A stretch of DNA of 64,000 nt from an uncultured virus (IMG/VR IMGVR_UViG_3300034735_000012) (IMGVR_UViG_3300034735_000012); one strand, 5' to 3'; counted from the first letter of the stretch, positions 39,403 through 48,706 are shown. Translations and numbers: made by a program. The notes: a model not told the origin generated them from the sequence alone.

Positions 39403-40359
39403 ATGTATAAACAAAAAATCTCGGGAGCTTTTTGGGATACTATATTAACTAGTTTAGGAGGTATATCAGAAGATGCTGTAGTTAAAAATAAGCAACAACC
39501 ATGCCCTATTTGTGGCGGTACAGATCGTTATCAGTATCTTGGAGTTAATAAGCATACAGGCATTTATGATGGTTCATATTTGTGTCGTGGATGCGGTGCT
39601 GGCGATGGATTTACTTTTTTATCTAAATTACTATCGGAGGATTTTAAGGTTTTAAAGCCTAAAGTTATGAAGCTACTTGGAATTGAAGAAGAACCCAGTA
39701 ATTATATTGATTTTAATACATTAACATTTAGCAAGGTTATGAATAATCTTACTAAAAAAGACCTTTTTGACCACCCTTATCTTAAACATAAACAGTTAAC
39801 TAGAGAGCATTTTAATGATGCTAAAATTGCTTTGTATAAAGATAGGATAGCTATTGGTGGTCATATCTTAATAGATAACCAATCTCTTTTTGATGAATTA
39901 GACGTTGAATCTCTTGAATTAATTTCAGCTGATGGCTTTAAATTAGCAATTAAAGGAAAAACACGTAAAAATTCTTTTTTTAGAGTTGGAATTAAAGAGA
40001 CGAATCGACTTTATTTGACGGAGGGAATGGCATCTGCTGTTAGCTTACATGCAATGACAGGCTGTTCTTGTTTTTCTACCTTTGGAACAACTAATTTTGT
40101 AAATGTGTTTAAAGTTATAAAAAAACATTTACTTAAAACTGGATCAAATGCTCAACTTGTTCTTTCACTTGACAATGATCCCCCTGGATTAAATGTTGCT
40201 AGTACTATTAAAGATATTATTAAAAATAGTAATTTGAATTACATATCATGCATTATTCCAACTGAAAGAAATACAGATTTTAGTGATTTATATATTAAAA
40301 ACAATGGTGCAAACATTGTTGATGTGTTAGATCAAATATCTGTATTGTATACCTGCTAA
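39403..40359 (+). CDS. Zn-ribbon plus TOPRIM primase (P4 alpha N-terminal type), no helicase domain
   Basis: QPCPICGGTDRY...CRGCGAGDG, HPYL..K, TEGMASA, LDND, DFSDLY. Confidence 0.88.
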   Translation: MYKQKISGAFWDTILTSLGGISEDAVVKNKQQPCPICGGTDRYQYLGVNKHTGIYDGSYLCRGCGAGDGFTFLSKLLSEDFKVLKPKVMKLLGIEEEPSNYIDFNTLTFSKVMNNLTKKDLFDHPYLKHKQLTREHFNDAKIALYKDRIAIGGHILIDNQSLFDELDVESLELISADGFKLAIKGKTRKNSFFRVGIKETNRLYLTEGMASAVSLHAMTGCSCFSTFGTTNFVNVFKVIKKHLLKTGSNAQLVLSLDNDPPGLNVASTIKDIIKNSNLNYISCIIPTERNTDFSDLYIKNNGANIVDVLDQISVLYTC

Positions 40360-40481
40360 TCTTACCTAACCGAACACAGCTGATATTTGAAATAACACTA
40401 AATAAGTGTAATTTATTTTACCTTTAAAGTAAATATTTTTATCTCAATATACGTCAGTTGTTCTATATATAAGGATATATT

Positions 40482-40943
40482 ATGTACTCATACCCCGAAT
40501 TAGTTGCAACTTTTAATGACTTCTCTGATGAATATAGTAACTATGAAGTGATTTTTACATTAGATGATATTACTGATGATAATGATTATATTTATACTAT
40601 GAGGTTAAAAGGGTTAAATAGTTTTTATTTAACTTTTTCTATACATAGATATTGCAACAACCATACAGAAGATTTTAGAGGCAATCCTTGCGATAATAAA
40701 TATGAAAAGCGAACATATTTATTCATTTCTGCTGATTTATCTGGTCTGGATTTTAATGATAAGGAATGCCTTGAAGAAGCATTAAGGTCTCCAGAAGTTT
40801 TTGATTATTATTATTCAATTTTCTATATAGATTGGCTGAATGATGCTAATGATTTAGAAAATGCTGATTGCAAACATTGCGATGATAATCCATATGATGC
40901 TGACCCATATGCTGATTGTTTGCCAGACTATATGTACGGGTAA
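40482..40943 (+). CDS. Acidic hypothetical protein (153 aa)
   Basis: TAAGGA RBS; very Asp/Tyr-rich. Confidence 0.7.
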   Translation: MYSYPELVATFNDFSDEYSNYEVIFTLDDITDDNDYIYTMRLKGLNSFYLTFSIHRYCNNHTEDFRGNPCDNKYEKRTYLFISADLSGLDFNDKECLEEALRSPEVFDYYYSIFYIDWLNDANDLENADCKHCDDNPYDADPYADCLPDYMYG

Positions 40944-40968
40944 GTTACAACTATAAATTAACTACAAC

Positions 40969-41004
40969 ATAGCTACAAGCCAAATCACTTGTGGCTATTT
41001 TTTT
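40969..41004 (+). terminator. Intrinsic terminator
   Basis: atagctacaag / cttgtggctat stem followed by a T tract. Confidence 0.6.
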
Positions 41005-41020
41005 ATTTAAAAGGAATGAA

Positions 41021-41350
41021 ATGAACAATCATATGTACTCAAATAAAAGTGAAATAAACAATCATATAAACTTAAAAGAGATCAAAATTAACAATTTAAT
41101 AAATCATATTATTAATACAGATTTTACTTTAGAACAAAGTAATATTACTGCTGATGCTTACACTATGTATCAACTAGAAGATAGTAAAGATACTTATGAA
41201 GAAAAAAAGTATAAAATTGCTACAGTAAAGTTTAATATGATTAAACGTGTATTTGATGGATCAATACAATCCATTGATGATTGCAATAGATATTATATAT
41301 ATGATTATAGGATTTTATATAACTATTGCTTAAAAGATGAGACGTTTTAG
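41021..41350 (+). CDS. Hypothetical protein
   Basis: AAGGAA RBS before ATG 41021. Confidence 0.6.
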   Translation: MNNHMYSNKSEINNHINLKEIKINNLINHIINTDFTLEQSNITADAYTMYQLEDSKDTYEEKKYKIATVKFNMIKRVFDGSIQSIDDCNRYYIYDYRILYNYCLKDETF

Positions 41351-41371
41351 CCCCATCTTAACCCTCTCTCT

Positions 41372-41398
41372 AAGAGTACTTATATAGTACTCTTTTTT
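41372..41398 (+). terminator. Intrinsic terminator-like hairpin
   Basis: aagagtact-tatat-agtactctt followed by Ts. Confidence 0.5.
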
Positions 41399-41418
41399 AC
41401 TAAATAAGGAAAGTTTTT

Positions 41419-41715
41419 ATGAGCGACATTGAATATATTATTGATTACTTGAAAAATGGAACTACCAAGTTAACTTATGTTACTACTAAAAAAGGAGATA
41501 TTTTTTATACTTTTAAATGCAAAAAACCTAAAGAAGGAAAATTAAAAATTGTTCTGTCAAGAGCATTAAGTGATGAATCTTCGATAATGCAATTTGTTGA
41601 TATTAAGGTTAGTAATTACTACACATACAATAGATATGACGATCAAAAAGAAATTCTTTCTTACTTAATACCCATCATGCAAGATTATCTTTTTGCAGGA
41701 TTGAAACTAAATTAA
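41419..41715 (+). CDS. Hypothetical protein (98 aa)
   Basis: TAAGGA RBS. Confidence 0.65.
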   Translation: MSDIEYIIDYLKNGTTKLTYVTTKKGDIFYTFKCKKPKEGKLKIVLSRALSDESSIMQFVDIKVSNYYTYNRYDDQKEILSYLIPIMQDYLFAGLKLN

Positions 41716-41774
41716 ATTATTAAAATCATGCAAGAATATTTCTTGCATGATTCCACTTAAAGTAAAGGAATACA

Positions 41775-42365
41775 ATGGAAAATTTTATAGATACCTTTAA
41801 TTTTGACATTTTGTCTAACAAATCAAACGAAACTGATAAGCATGAATTTTGTGTTAAAACAGCTAGAGATGAAGCTCATTCTTATTTATTTGATTATGGA
41901 GAAATTCTTAATAATTTGAATTCTACTGGAACTAAGCATGTATTAACTAACGTGATGAATAAAGCCTATACAAATTGTTACAATATGTTAGTTAAATATG
42001 CAGATGACTTTCAACCGCCTTATTACTGTGTTCCATTTGGATACCTAGCAGATAGAGAAGATATTGATGGTGCTAAGGATACTCTTTTAAGGTGTCATGA
42101 AATTATTCTAGTTGATTTATACGAAACAACTGATAAAGCTATGACGTTGAGTGAATTTATTACTGCATTTTCAAATACTGATAGGCATAGATTATGTAGC
42201 CATTTTAGTGAAAAGGAGGTACGTAAGCATTTTGAGAGACACGACACTTTAGCTTTGAAAAAAACATTGTCTACACAAGAGCAATTTTCAGCTATTTATG
42301 TTACTTGCTTTACGGCATATCACTTCAAGTTAAGTTTACTTGATATTATGAACAATTACGATTAA
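41775..42365 (+). CDS. Hypothetical protein (196 aa)
   Basis: AAGGAAT RBS preceded by the hairpin aatcatgcaagaa/ttcttgcatgatt. Confidence 0.7.
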   Translation: MENFIDTFNFDILSNKSNETDKHEFCVKTARDEAHSYLFDYGEILNNLNSTGTKHVLTNVMNKAYTNCYNMLVKYADDFQPPYYCVPFGYLADREDIDGAKDTLLRCHEIILVDLYETTDKAMTLSEFITAFSNTDRHRLCSHFSEKEVRKHFERHDTLALKKTLSTQEQFSAIYVTCFTAYHFKLSLLDIMNNYD

Positions 42366-42384
42366 TTAAAATAAGGAATTTAAA

Positions 42385-43164
42385 ATGAAACCTAAAATAC
42401 ATGAACTATATTTTCAAGGATTTCACAATTTATTTGAGAGAGATCATGGAATAACCATGTGGAGTAAATTAAAAGGGTTTACCCAACTTTCAGGATTTGA
42501 GCATGTTTATGCACATTCATCAGAATTTATGAATTTTTTATATGCTAAAGAAAATAATGACTACGATAAAGCATTTGAACTTGCTAAAGAATCAACAGCA
42601 GATTATGTGTATTATTATTTTAAATATCTGTTTACTAAGATTACGAACTCAATTAATAATCTTACAGGAGGAAGCATTGGATTTCACTATGAAACACTTT
42701 CTAAGACGCATCCTCGTATCCCATTGGACGACCCAAGAAGCGATAACCAAATAATTATGGATCTTATTAAAGATTTTGATTATGAAGAAATATATCATGC
42801 GATTACTGAATATAGCAATAATAAAGAATCTTTTTTGTTTATTTTAAGCGTTTTATTTATAAACGATAAATTTTGTGGCAATGGATATCAAAAATTTTGT
42901 AAATTATTAAAAGAGCAAATTAAAGACGCTTATGATACAAAATTGAGATATTACAAATTTATTGAAGAAAATACTATTATCCAAAATTATAATTCTGTTT
43001 TATGTTGTATCGTAGGTTCAGTTATTATTAAACTAAGAGAAGACCTTTATAAAAATTATTTTTACATTGAATCTGAAATAAACCATTTATACTCTCACAA
43101 TTTTGAATGTCATGCGGACGAAGTTTTTTTAAAAGGGAGTAATAAATTTTCAATTGTCAACTAG
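42385..43164 (+). CDS. Hypothetical protein (259 aa)
   Basis: TAAGGAAT RBS. Confidence 0.7.
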   Translation: MKPKIHELYFQGFHNLFERDHGITMWSKLKGFTQLSGFEHVYAHSSEFMNFLYAKENNDYDKAFELAKESTADYVYYYFKYLFTKITNSINNLTGGSIGFHYETLSKTHPRIPLDDPRSDNQIIMDLIKDFDYEEIYHAITEYSNNKESFLFILSVLFINDKFCGNGYQKFCKLLKEQIKDAYDTKLRYYKFIEENTIIQNYNSVLCCIVGSVIIKLREDLYKNYFYIESEINHLYSHNFECHADEVFLKGSNKFSIVN

Positions 43165-43306
43165 TATTTTCACAAAGTTGGTTTGAAATTCAAAAAGCAG
43201 GGAATTGAATTATTAATTCCTTGTTTTATAGGCTAAAATAAGTTTACTTATTTTAAAGTTCTATTATCATACTTGATATGGTGTTATTGAATTTTAGGAG
43301 GGTAAT

Positions 43307-43867
43307 ATGTACTTAGGAGCTGATCCTATAAAAGATCAGAAAATGATTAAAATTATTTCTGATGCTATAAAAATTCTACATGGGGAATTATATCATGACA
43401 TTTTTAATACTGGAATAAATTTAGGCTTACGTGGCCAAAACTTATTAAACATAAAATTTGATGATATTGATTTCTCAAAAAGACGTTTGGTTGTTTTTGA
43501 AAAAAATCAAAAATGGAGGGAAGTAAGACTAAATGAAAAAGTTATGAATATTTTTTATAAGAGACGTGAGTCTTTTCAAAATTATATTTATATCTTTGAA
43601 AATCGTTCTGGAAATAATTACAGAACACATAAACCTATTACAATACAATCACTTAATAAAGTTTTAAGAGACGTTGGCAATGACTATGGCTTAAAATTGT
43701 CTAGCCATAGCTTACGCAAAACTTTTGGCTGTGCTATGTATCGTAATAATAAACCTATAGAATTGATTAGCAAAATCTTCAACCATTCTTGTATAAAAGA
43801 AACGCTTTTGTACATTGGAATGACCAAGCAAGATGTTTTGCAATCTTATGATGATGTTATTGTTTGA
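43307..43867 (+). CDS. Short tyrosine recombinase (catalytic domain only, 186 aa)
   Basis: GLR, EK, SHSLRKTFG, FNHS...TLLYIG give the R-K-HxxR-H-Y set; AGGAGG RBS. Confidence 0.92.
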   Translation: MYLGADPIKDQKMIKIISDAIKILHGELYHDIFNTGINLGLRGQNLLNIKFDDIDFSKRRLVVFEKNQKWREVRLNEKVMNIFYKRRESFQNYIYIFENRSGNNYRTHKPITIQSLNKVLRDVGNDYGLKLSSHSLRKTFGCAMYRNNKPIELISKIFNHSCIKETLLYIGMTKQDVLQSYDDVIV

Positions 43868-43878
43868 AAGGAATTGAA

Positions 43879-44205
43879 ATGACTACTGAATATGATACAT
43901 ATTGGAATTATATTGACGAATTAGACGCTTCTTTTTTAGAAAGTATGGGTAATCTTTCTTTAGCTGTTGCGGAGCTAGATGAACTTGTAAATAACCCAAG
44001 AATTAGCAGCGACGCTTTTGAGGATGCGAAAGAGATAGCTAAGAAAGATTTGTACAAAATGGATAAAGAACCAGTATCTATTGATAATCTACAGCACAAA
44101 ATACTATATTTGTATATAGATGATCTAACTACAAATATATTACAGCGATTGAAATCAGCTCATAGGATAGCAAGTACAGGAGCTACTTTTTTACGGAAAA
44201 ATTAA
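43879..44205 (+). CDS. Hypothetical protein
   Basis: AAGGAA RBS before ATG 43879. Confidence 0.65.
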   Translation: MTTEYDTYWNYIDELDASFLESMGNLSLAVAELDELVNNPRISSDAFEDAKEIAKKDLYKMDKEPVSIDNLQHKILYLYIDDLTTNILQRLKSAHRIASTGATFLRKN

Positions 44206-44226
44206 GTCATTTCAAGGAAAATCAGC

Positions 44227-44550
44227 ATGGAAGATAAAAGATATAAAGGCTATGAAAAAGTTTTCTGGAGGCCTTTACTACCAGCAACCTTTTTAGGTGT
44301 ACTTCTTGTAGTAGTAGCAATAGATGGAACTTGGTTGCTTTTTTTTATAGCACTACTTTTTGTTTATAACTCGTTGCTCTTATTTAAGTGCTACGGGATA
44401 TTGTATTCCTTTAAGGGATACAATATATATGAGATCGCTAGTAATTACTATGTAATTAGCAAAAAACGCTGTATGAGTAATTACATATTAGAAGCGAGTG
44501 ATTTAGTACGGCTATCTGAAAAATATTACCTAGACACCAGACCTTTTTAG
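44227..44550 (+). CDS. Membrane protein (107 aa, two TM segments)
   Basis: AAGGA RBS; long hydrophobic stretch. Confidence 0.7.
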   Translation: MEDKRYKGYEKVFWRPLLPATFLGVLLVVVAIDGTWLLFFIALLFVYNSLLLFKCYGILYSFKGYNIYEIASNYYVISKKRCMSNYILEASDLVRLSEKYYLDTRPF

Positions 44551-44551
44551 T

Positions 44552-44809
44552 CTAAATTTGTTCTCTTATCTTTTTTAAAATCTTATTGGTATCTATTGTT
44601 TTACATATAGATATCATTGCTTTTACGACTTGCGTTTTTGTTATTTTTGAATTAGCTAATTCATTCACTGCATTAGTTATTTCAGCTATATTCGTTAAGT
44701 CTTCTACCCCTAAATGAAAGCTAGTAGCATGTATCTTGCTATTTCTCGGCTTTTTTTTAACTTTATCCAGTATATCCCCAATACTTTTATTTTCAGTATT
44801 TTCTGCCAT
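44552..44809 (-). CDS. Putative ribbon-helix-helix DNA-binding protein (85 aa)
   Basis: Flexible basic N-terminus, strand ATSFHL, helix, then ITKTQVVKAMI. It is the only credible minus-strand gene in the accessory block; AGGA RBS. Confidence 0.55.
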   Translation of the reverse strand: MAENTENKSIGDILDKVKKKPRNSKIHATSFHLGVEDLTNIAEITNAVNELANSKITKTQVVKAMISICKTIDTNKILKKIREQI

Positions 44810-44928
44810 ATTTTTATAATCCTATTAAATGTAAGTGTGATTTAACTTGCAACTATAATAGATTATTTAGATATTTGCAAACTGTTTATATTTGTACTGG
44901 GATTTTAGTTACATTATAAGGAATTACT

Positions 44929-45378
44929 ATGAATAGTGAAAACAAAGTGCTTATTAATCAAATAGAAGACGACTATTGGGCAAAGAGCCGTGTAGATGAA
45001 TATAATGATCTTGATAGAAATTGTAACCATGAATACATGATCTACATTTTAAAGCATTTTAGTAATCTTGACGACCCAAATTTAGATGTTAGATATTTAA
45101 AAGAACGTCATTTAATTTCTACTATAACTATTGATTGTGAAATGATTGATTATTTTCATCACACTTATTCAAACGATGAAGACTTAGCACGTGAATGTAA
45201 GGAATTAAAAATTTGTGTTTATTGGAATAGCATTATCTCTTATGAGGGATATGTAAGTAAATATTTTGAAGAATGTGTTAATGATTTAAAACAGATGATT
45301 ACAATATTTACTACTCAAGGAGCTAAGTATTACTTAAAAGAAGAAGCTGAATATATTGATGCTATTTATTCGTATTAA
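44929..45378 (+). CDS. Hypothetical protein (149 aa)
   Basis: TAAGGAAT RBS. Confidence 0.7.
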   Translation: MNSENKVLINQIEDDYWAKSRVDEYNDLDRNCNHEYMIYILKHFSNLDDPNLDVRYLKERHLISTITIDCEMIDYFHHTYSNDEDLARECKELKICVYWNSIISYEGYVSKYFEECVNDLKQMITIFTTQGAKYYLKEEAEYIDAIYSY

Positions 45379-45593
45379 AAACTACTACCAATGCTTTAGG
45401 CATTGGTAATAATCGACTATTAATTAAAATTATAAGGAATTAAAAATGAAAAATTGACACTTGACACACTTTACAGATGACATGATATACATATGACTTG
45501 TACGTGAGTTGAGACATTATGGAGCTGTTAGCAAATGTTTTCACGTACTATATAAACATATAATATTTTTTTATATAATGCAAATTTTTTTAT

Positions 45594-45620
45594 AGCCTAC
45601 TTTCTTGTAGGCTTTTTTTT
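45594..45620 (+). terminator. Intrinsic terminator
   Basis: agcctac-tttctt-gtaggct followed by a T tract. Confidence 0.7.
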
Positions 45621-45642
45621 GCCTAATTTTTAAGGACTAAGA

Positions 45643-46341
45643 ATGGAATCTTTTATAAAAGGATTAGAGAAAATAATTAAATCGTCTAAATATCAATTTG
45701 AATTTTACAAAGACAACTACCCTGTATGTTATTTAGTATTTATGAAATCTTTATCTGATTTAACAAAAGCAATTGCAAACGATAAGGGATGTTCTAGCTC
45801 TCTTTTTAGCGAAATGATTCTACCTATTGCATCGTACAAATATAACATTGGTGAAGATTTAAATAAGCAAATAGAAGTAATTATTAATGGATTAACTAAT
45901 CTGCCTAAATATGAAGTACCAGATTTTATGCATCTTAATGATAGCTTTTTAGTTGACTTGTTACTGCTGCTAGATAAACATGACTTTAGTAAAGGCGAAT
46001 TATTTGAGGGAGATGTGTTAAGTAAAGTTTACGAACATATAGGTTTAATATTTTTTAAGAAATCTCCTTACTTGAGTAATGCTGAATTTTTAACTCCTAA
46101 AGCAGTCTGTGATGTACTGTCTATGCTTACTAGCAATAATGAAATGAAAGATGGAATGAGTGTCTGCGACCCTTGCTGTGGCACAGGATCGACACTGGTT
46201 AGTTTTATGATGAAACATTGGGAATATGATTTAGTTTTTTATGGTCAAGACATAAATTTAAATTCTGTTAATATTTGCAAAATAAATATTTACTTGCATA
46301 AAGTTAAAGTTCAGTATTTAAGAGCAAGCATTGAAAAATAG
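45643..46341 (+). CDS. HsdM-like N6-adenine methyltransferase, C-terminally truncated
   Basis: GDVLSKVYE, AEFLTP, VCDPCCGTGS (SAM-binding motif I), YGQDIN; ends before any NPP(F/Y) catalytic motif. Confidence 0.8.
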   Translation: MESFIKGLEKIIKSSKYQFEFYKDNYPVCYLVFMKSLSDLTKAIANDKGCSSSLFSEMILPIASYKYNIGEDLNKQIEVIINGLTNLPKYEVPDFMHLNDSFLVDLLLLLDKHDFSKGELFEGDVLSKVYEHIGLIFFKKSPYLSNAEFLTPKAVCDVLSMLTSNNEMKDGMSVCDPCCGTGSTLVSFMMKHWEYDLVFYGQDINLNSVNICKINIYLHKVKVQYLRASIEK

Positions 46342-46403
46342 TTAATAGTTTAATCTTTTATTTTAGACCCAATATATACTATTGGAGCTAAATAAAGGAT
46401 TAT

Positions 46404-47246
46404 ATGAATAAAAAACAAAGAGTAATCTGTTGGTTTAGCTGTGGTTGTGCTTCTGCGGTTGCGACTAAACTAACTGTTGAAAAATATGAAAACGATAAGA
46501 ATATTGAGTTAGTTATTGCTTATATCTATATAAAAAATGAACATGAAGATAGCCATAGATTTATGCTAGATTGTGAAAAGTGGTTTGGCTATCCAGTAAC
46601 TATTATTAAAGATGAAAAATATTCGTCTGATGTTGATGAAGTTATAAAAAAAACAAAATATATGTCAGGAATCTACGGAGCTGTTTGCACTAAAGTCTTA
46701 AAAAAAGAAGTTCGTTTCGCTATGCAACGTCATGATGATATTCATGTTTTTGGAATGACTGTTGAAGAAAAACGCAGAATTGATCGTTTAGAAGATTCTG
46801 AACCCGACTTATTTTTAGAAAACCCTCTTATTGATAATCAGATAACTAAAAATGATTGCTATAAAATGGTGCATCATGCAGGCATTGAGTTGCCTGTTAT
46901 GTATAAACTAGGATACAACAATAATAATTGCATTGGCTGTTTAAAAGCAGGAAGTCCATCTTATTGGAATAAAATTCGTAAAGATTTCCCAGAAGTTTTT
47001 AAAGTTAGAGCTAATCAAGAAAAATTGTTGAATGTTTCTTTATGCAAAATGTCTAAAAATAAATTTATGGATAAATATCCTGTAGAGTTTAAAAAAATGC
47101 AGGACGATCATAAAAACAACTTGGTAAATTGGGTAGAAGATCGTAATGGAGGAATACGTATACCGTTAAGATATTTACCAGTAACACCTATAAAAAAATC
47201 AGAATTAGAGATTGGTAATTGTGGTTTTTTTTGTGAATTAAAATAA
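46404..47246 (+). CDS. PAPS-reductase-like (adenine nucleotide alpha hydrolase) phage protein
   Basis: WFSCGCASAVA PP-loop variant, EHEDSHRF, CTKVLKK, MYKLGYNNNNCIGCLKAG, terminal CGFFC. Confidence 0.8.
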   Translation: MNKKQRVICWFSCGCASAVATKLTVEKYENDKNIELVIAYIYIKNEHEDSHRFMLDCEKWFGYPVTIIKDEKYSSDVDEVIKKTKYMSGIYGAVCTKVLKKEVRFAMQRHDDIHVFGMTVEEKRRIDRLEDSEPDLFLENPLIDNQITKNDCYKMVHHAGIELPVMYKLGYNNNNCIGCLKAGSPSYWNKIRKDFPEVFKVRANQEKLLNVSLCKMSKNKFMDKYPVEFKKMQDDHKNNLVNWVEDRNGGIRIPLRYLPVTPIKKSELEIGNCGFFCELK

Positions 47247-47269
47247 TATTAAATTAAAAGGAATTGAAA

Positions 47270-47590
47270 ATGATTGACAAAGAGTTTGACTTGTTTATAG
47301 ATCTTAGAAATTGGGTTTTAGACTATGGTTTTCCTGACGATGATCTTGCTAGCATTTTCGGAAAGATAGGTATCATTGCTATTAGAAAGTTTAAAGACTC
47401 TAATATACATTCAGTAGAATCTATAGCTACTAAGGTAGAATTGCTTCAAGAGTTAACGTATCCGTTAAACATTGAGCATGATAACCCAGTAATCATTAGA
47501 GGAATATATAGAAAGAAATTATTGTCTCTTTACTTTGATAAAGTGTCTAAGAATTTGCTTAAAAATTATCTTGTGAATGATTTATCTTAA
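47270..47590 (+). CDS. Hypothetical protein
   Basis: AAGGAA RBS before ATG 47270. Confidence 0.6.
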   Translation: MIDKEFDLFIDLRNWVLDYGFPDDDLASIFGKIGIIAIRKFKDSNIHSVESIATKVELLQELTYPLNIEHDNPVIIRGIYRKKLLSLYFDKVSKNLLKNYLVNDLS

Positions 47591-47688
47591 ATTTTAAGAA
47601 TTTTTATGTCTATATATGAAATACAATTGAAATTGTTCCAACAAGAGTCTATGAAGTACGCTTAATAATACTTTATTGATTATTATTC

Positions 47689-47725
47689 CTTACAATTTAG
47701 TGGCTTATAGTATAATATAAGCCAC
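47689..47725 (+). promoter_or_regulatory. sigma70-like promoter with the -10 box inside an inverted repeat
   Basis: CTTACA-N16-TATAAT; arms GTGGCTTATA / TATAAGCCAC. Confidence 0.65.
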
Positions 47726-47744
47726 GTCAACATGGAAGTTTAAC

Positions 47745-48122
47745 ATGGAAAACCCTGAACTAGACAAAACCGAAAAGGCTAAGAATTTTGCTGATACAGT
47801 AGAACTAGAGCTAGATGTTTCTTTGCTTGCTTTTAATAAAGCAATAAAAGACGTTAAAGATATGCTAGATGATAACAAGTTATTTGAAGTTAAGAGAATT
47901 GAAAAATTTTTCAACCTTAACGATCACTTTAATGAGCTTTTTAATGAAGCCCATGAAGAACTAATGGATTACGTTAAAAATGATCTTGAGGTCGCTGGTA
48001 GAACTATTGAACATCTTAATATAGAAATATTAGATGTGTTGACAAGGTCTTACTTAAATAAACTAAATGAGGAAGTGCAATCATTTGCGTTTAATTTTGA
48101 ACAAGATGTGCTGTGCAATTAA
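47745..48122 (+). CDS. Acidic hypothetical protein (125 aa)
   Basis: Downstream of the promoter; N-terminus homologous to that of the next gene. Confidence 0.7.
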   Translation: MENPELDKTEKAKNFADTVELELDVSLLAFNKAIKDVKDMLDDNKLFEVKRIEKFFNLNDHFNELFNEAHEELMDYVKNDLEVAGRTIEHLNIEILDVLTRSYLNKLNEEVQSFAFNFEQDVLCN

Positions 48123-48146
48123 TTAACAATTAACAGTACTTTCAAC

Positions 48147-48184
48147 TTTACAAATTAGTAGTTTGTAGTATAATACAATCTACT
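48147..48184 (+). promoter_or_regulatory. Second promoter of the same architecture
   Basis: TTTACA-N16-TATAAT; arms AGTAGTTTGTA / TACAATCTACT. Confidence 0.65.
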
Positions 48185-48199
48185 TAACAAGGAAATTAA

Positions 48200-48667
48200 A
48201 TGAAAACGAAAATGGAAAAACCTGAATTCGATAAAGTCGAAAACGATAAGCAAATAGCTACTACAATTGTTCAGCAATTTGGTGGACTTGAGGTACTTAA
48301 AGATACTCTTAAGATAGAACATATTTGGATAATCGATAGCGGTATGGGTATGATTTGCGAAGCAACTAAAGAAGTTAAAGATACTTTTGAAACCTTTATA
48401 CCTGCAGAGCCATTTGGATACCGCATCGAGGTTTTTCTCAATGAGGGGCTTGACTTGTACGAGTTTAGATATCATAAAGTTTGGTACGCAAAAGACTTGC
48501 CAAGAGAAAAGCAATTCATTCACGAGAATAATCAACATGTTATTCATGATGTTTACAATGACATGCTATACCCTATGCTTTGTGAAAAATTGGGTTATGA
48601 AATTGACCCAAAAGTTGAAGCAAAAATCTGGAAAGAAATTCAACCAAAAATCAGTACATTGAGTTAA
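48200..48667 (+). CDS. Hypothetical phage protein (155 aa)
   Basis: AAGGAA RBS; IATTIVQQFGG...DLYE...VYNDML pattern reminiscent of a common uncharacterised phage family. Confidence 0.7.
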   Translation: MKTKMEKPEFDKVENDKQIATTIVQQFGGLEVLKDTLKIEHIWIIDSGMGMICEATKEVKDTFETFIPAEPFGYRIEVFLNEGLDLYEFRYHKVWYAKDLPREKQFIHENNQHVIHDVYNDMLYPMLCEKLGYEIDPKVEAKIWKEIQPKISTLS

Positions 48668-48706
48668 TCAACAGCGGTACTTAGTACCGCACAACAAGGA
48701 GTCAAA

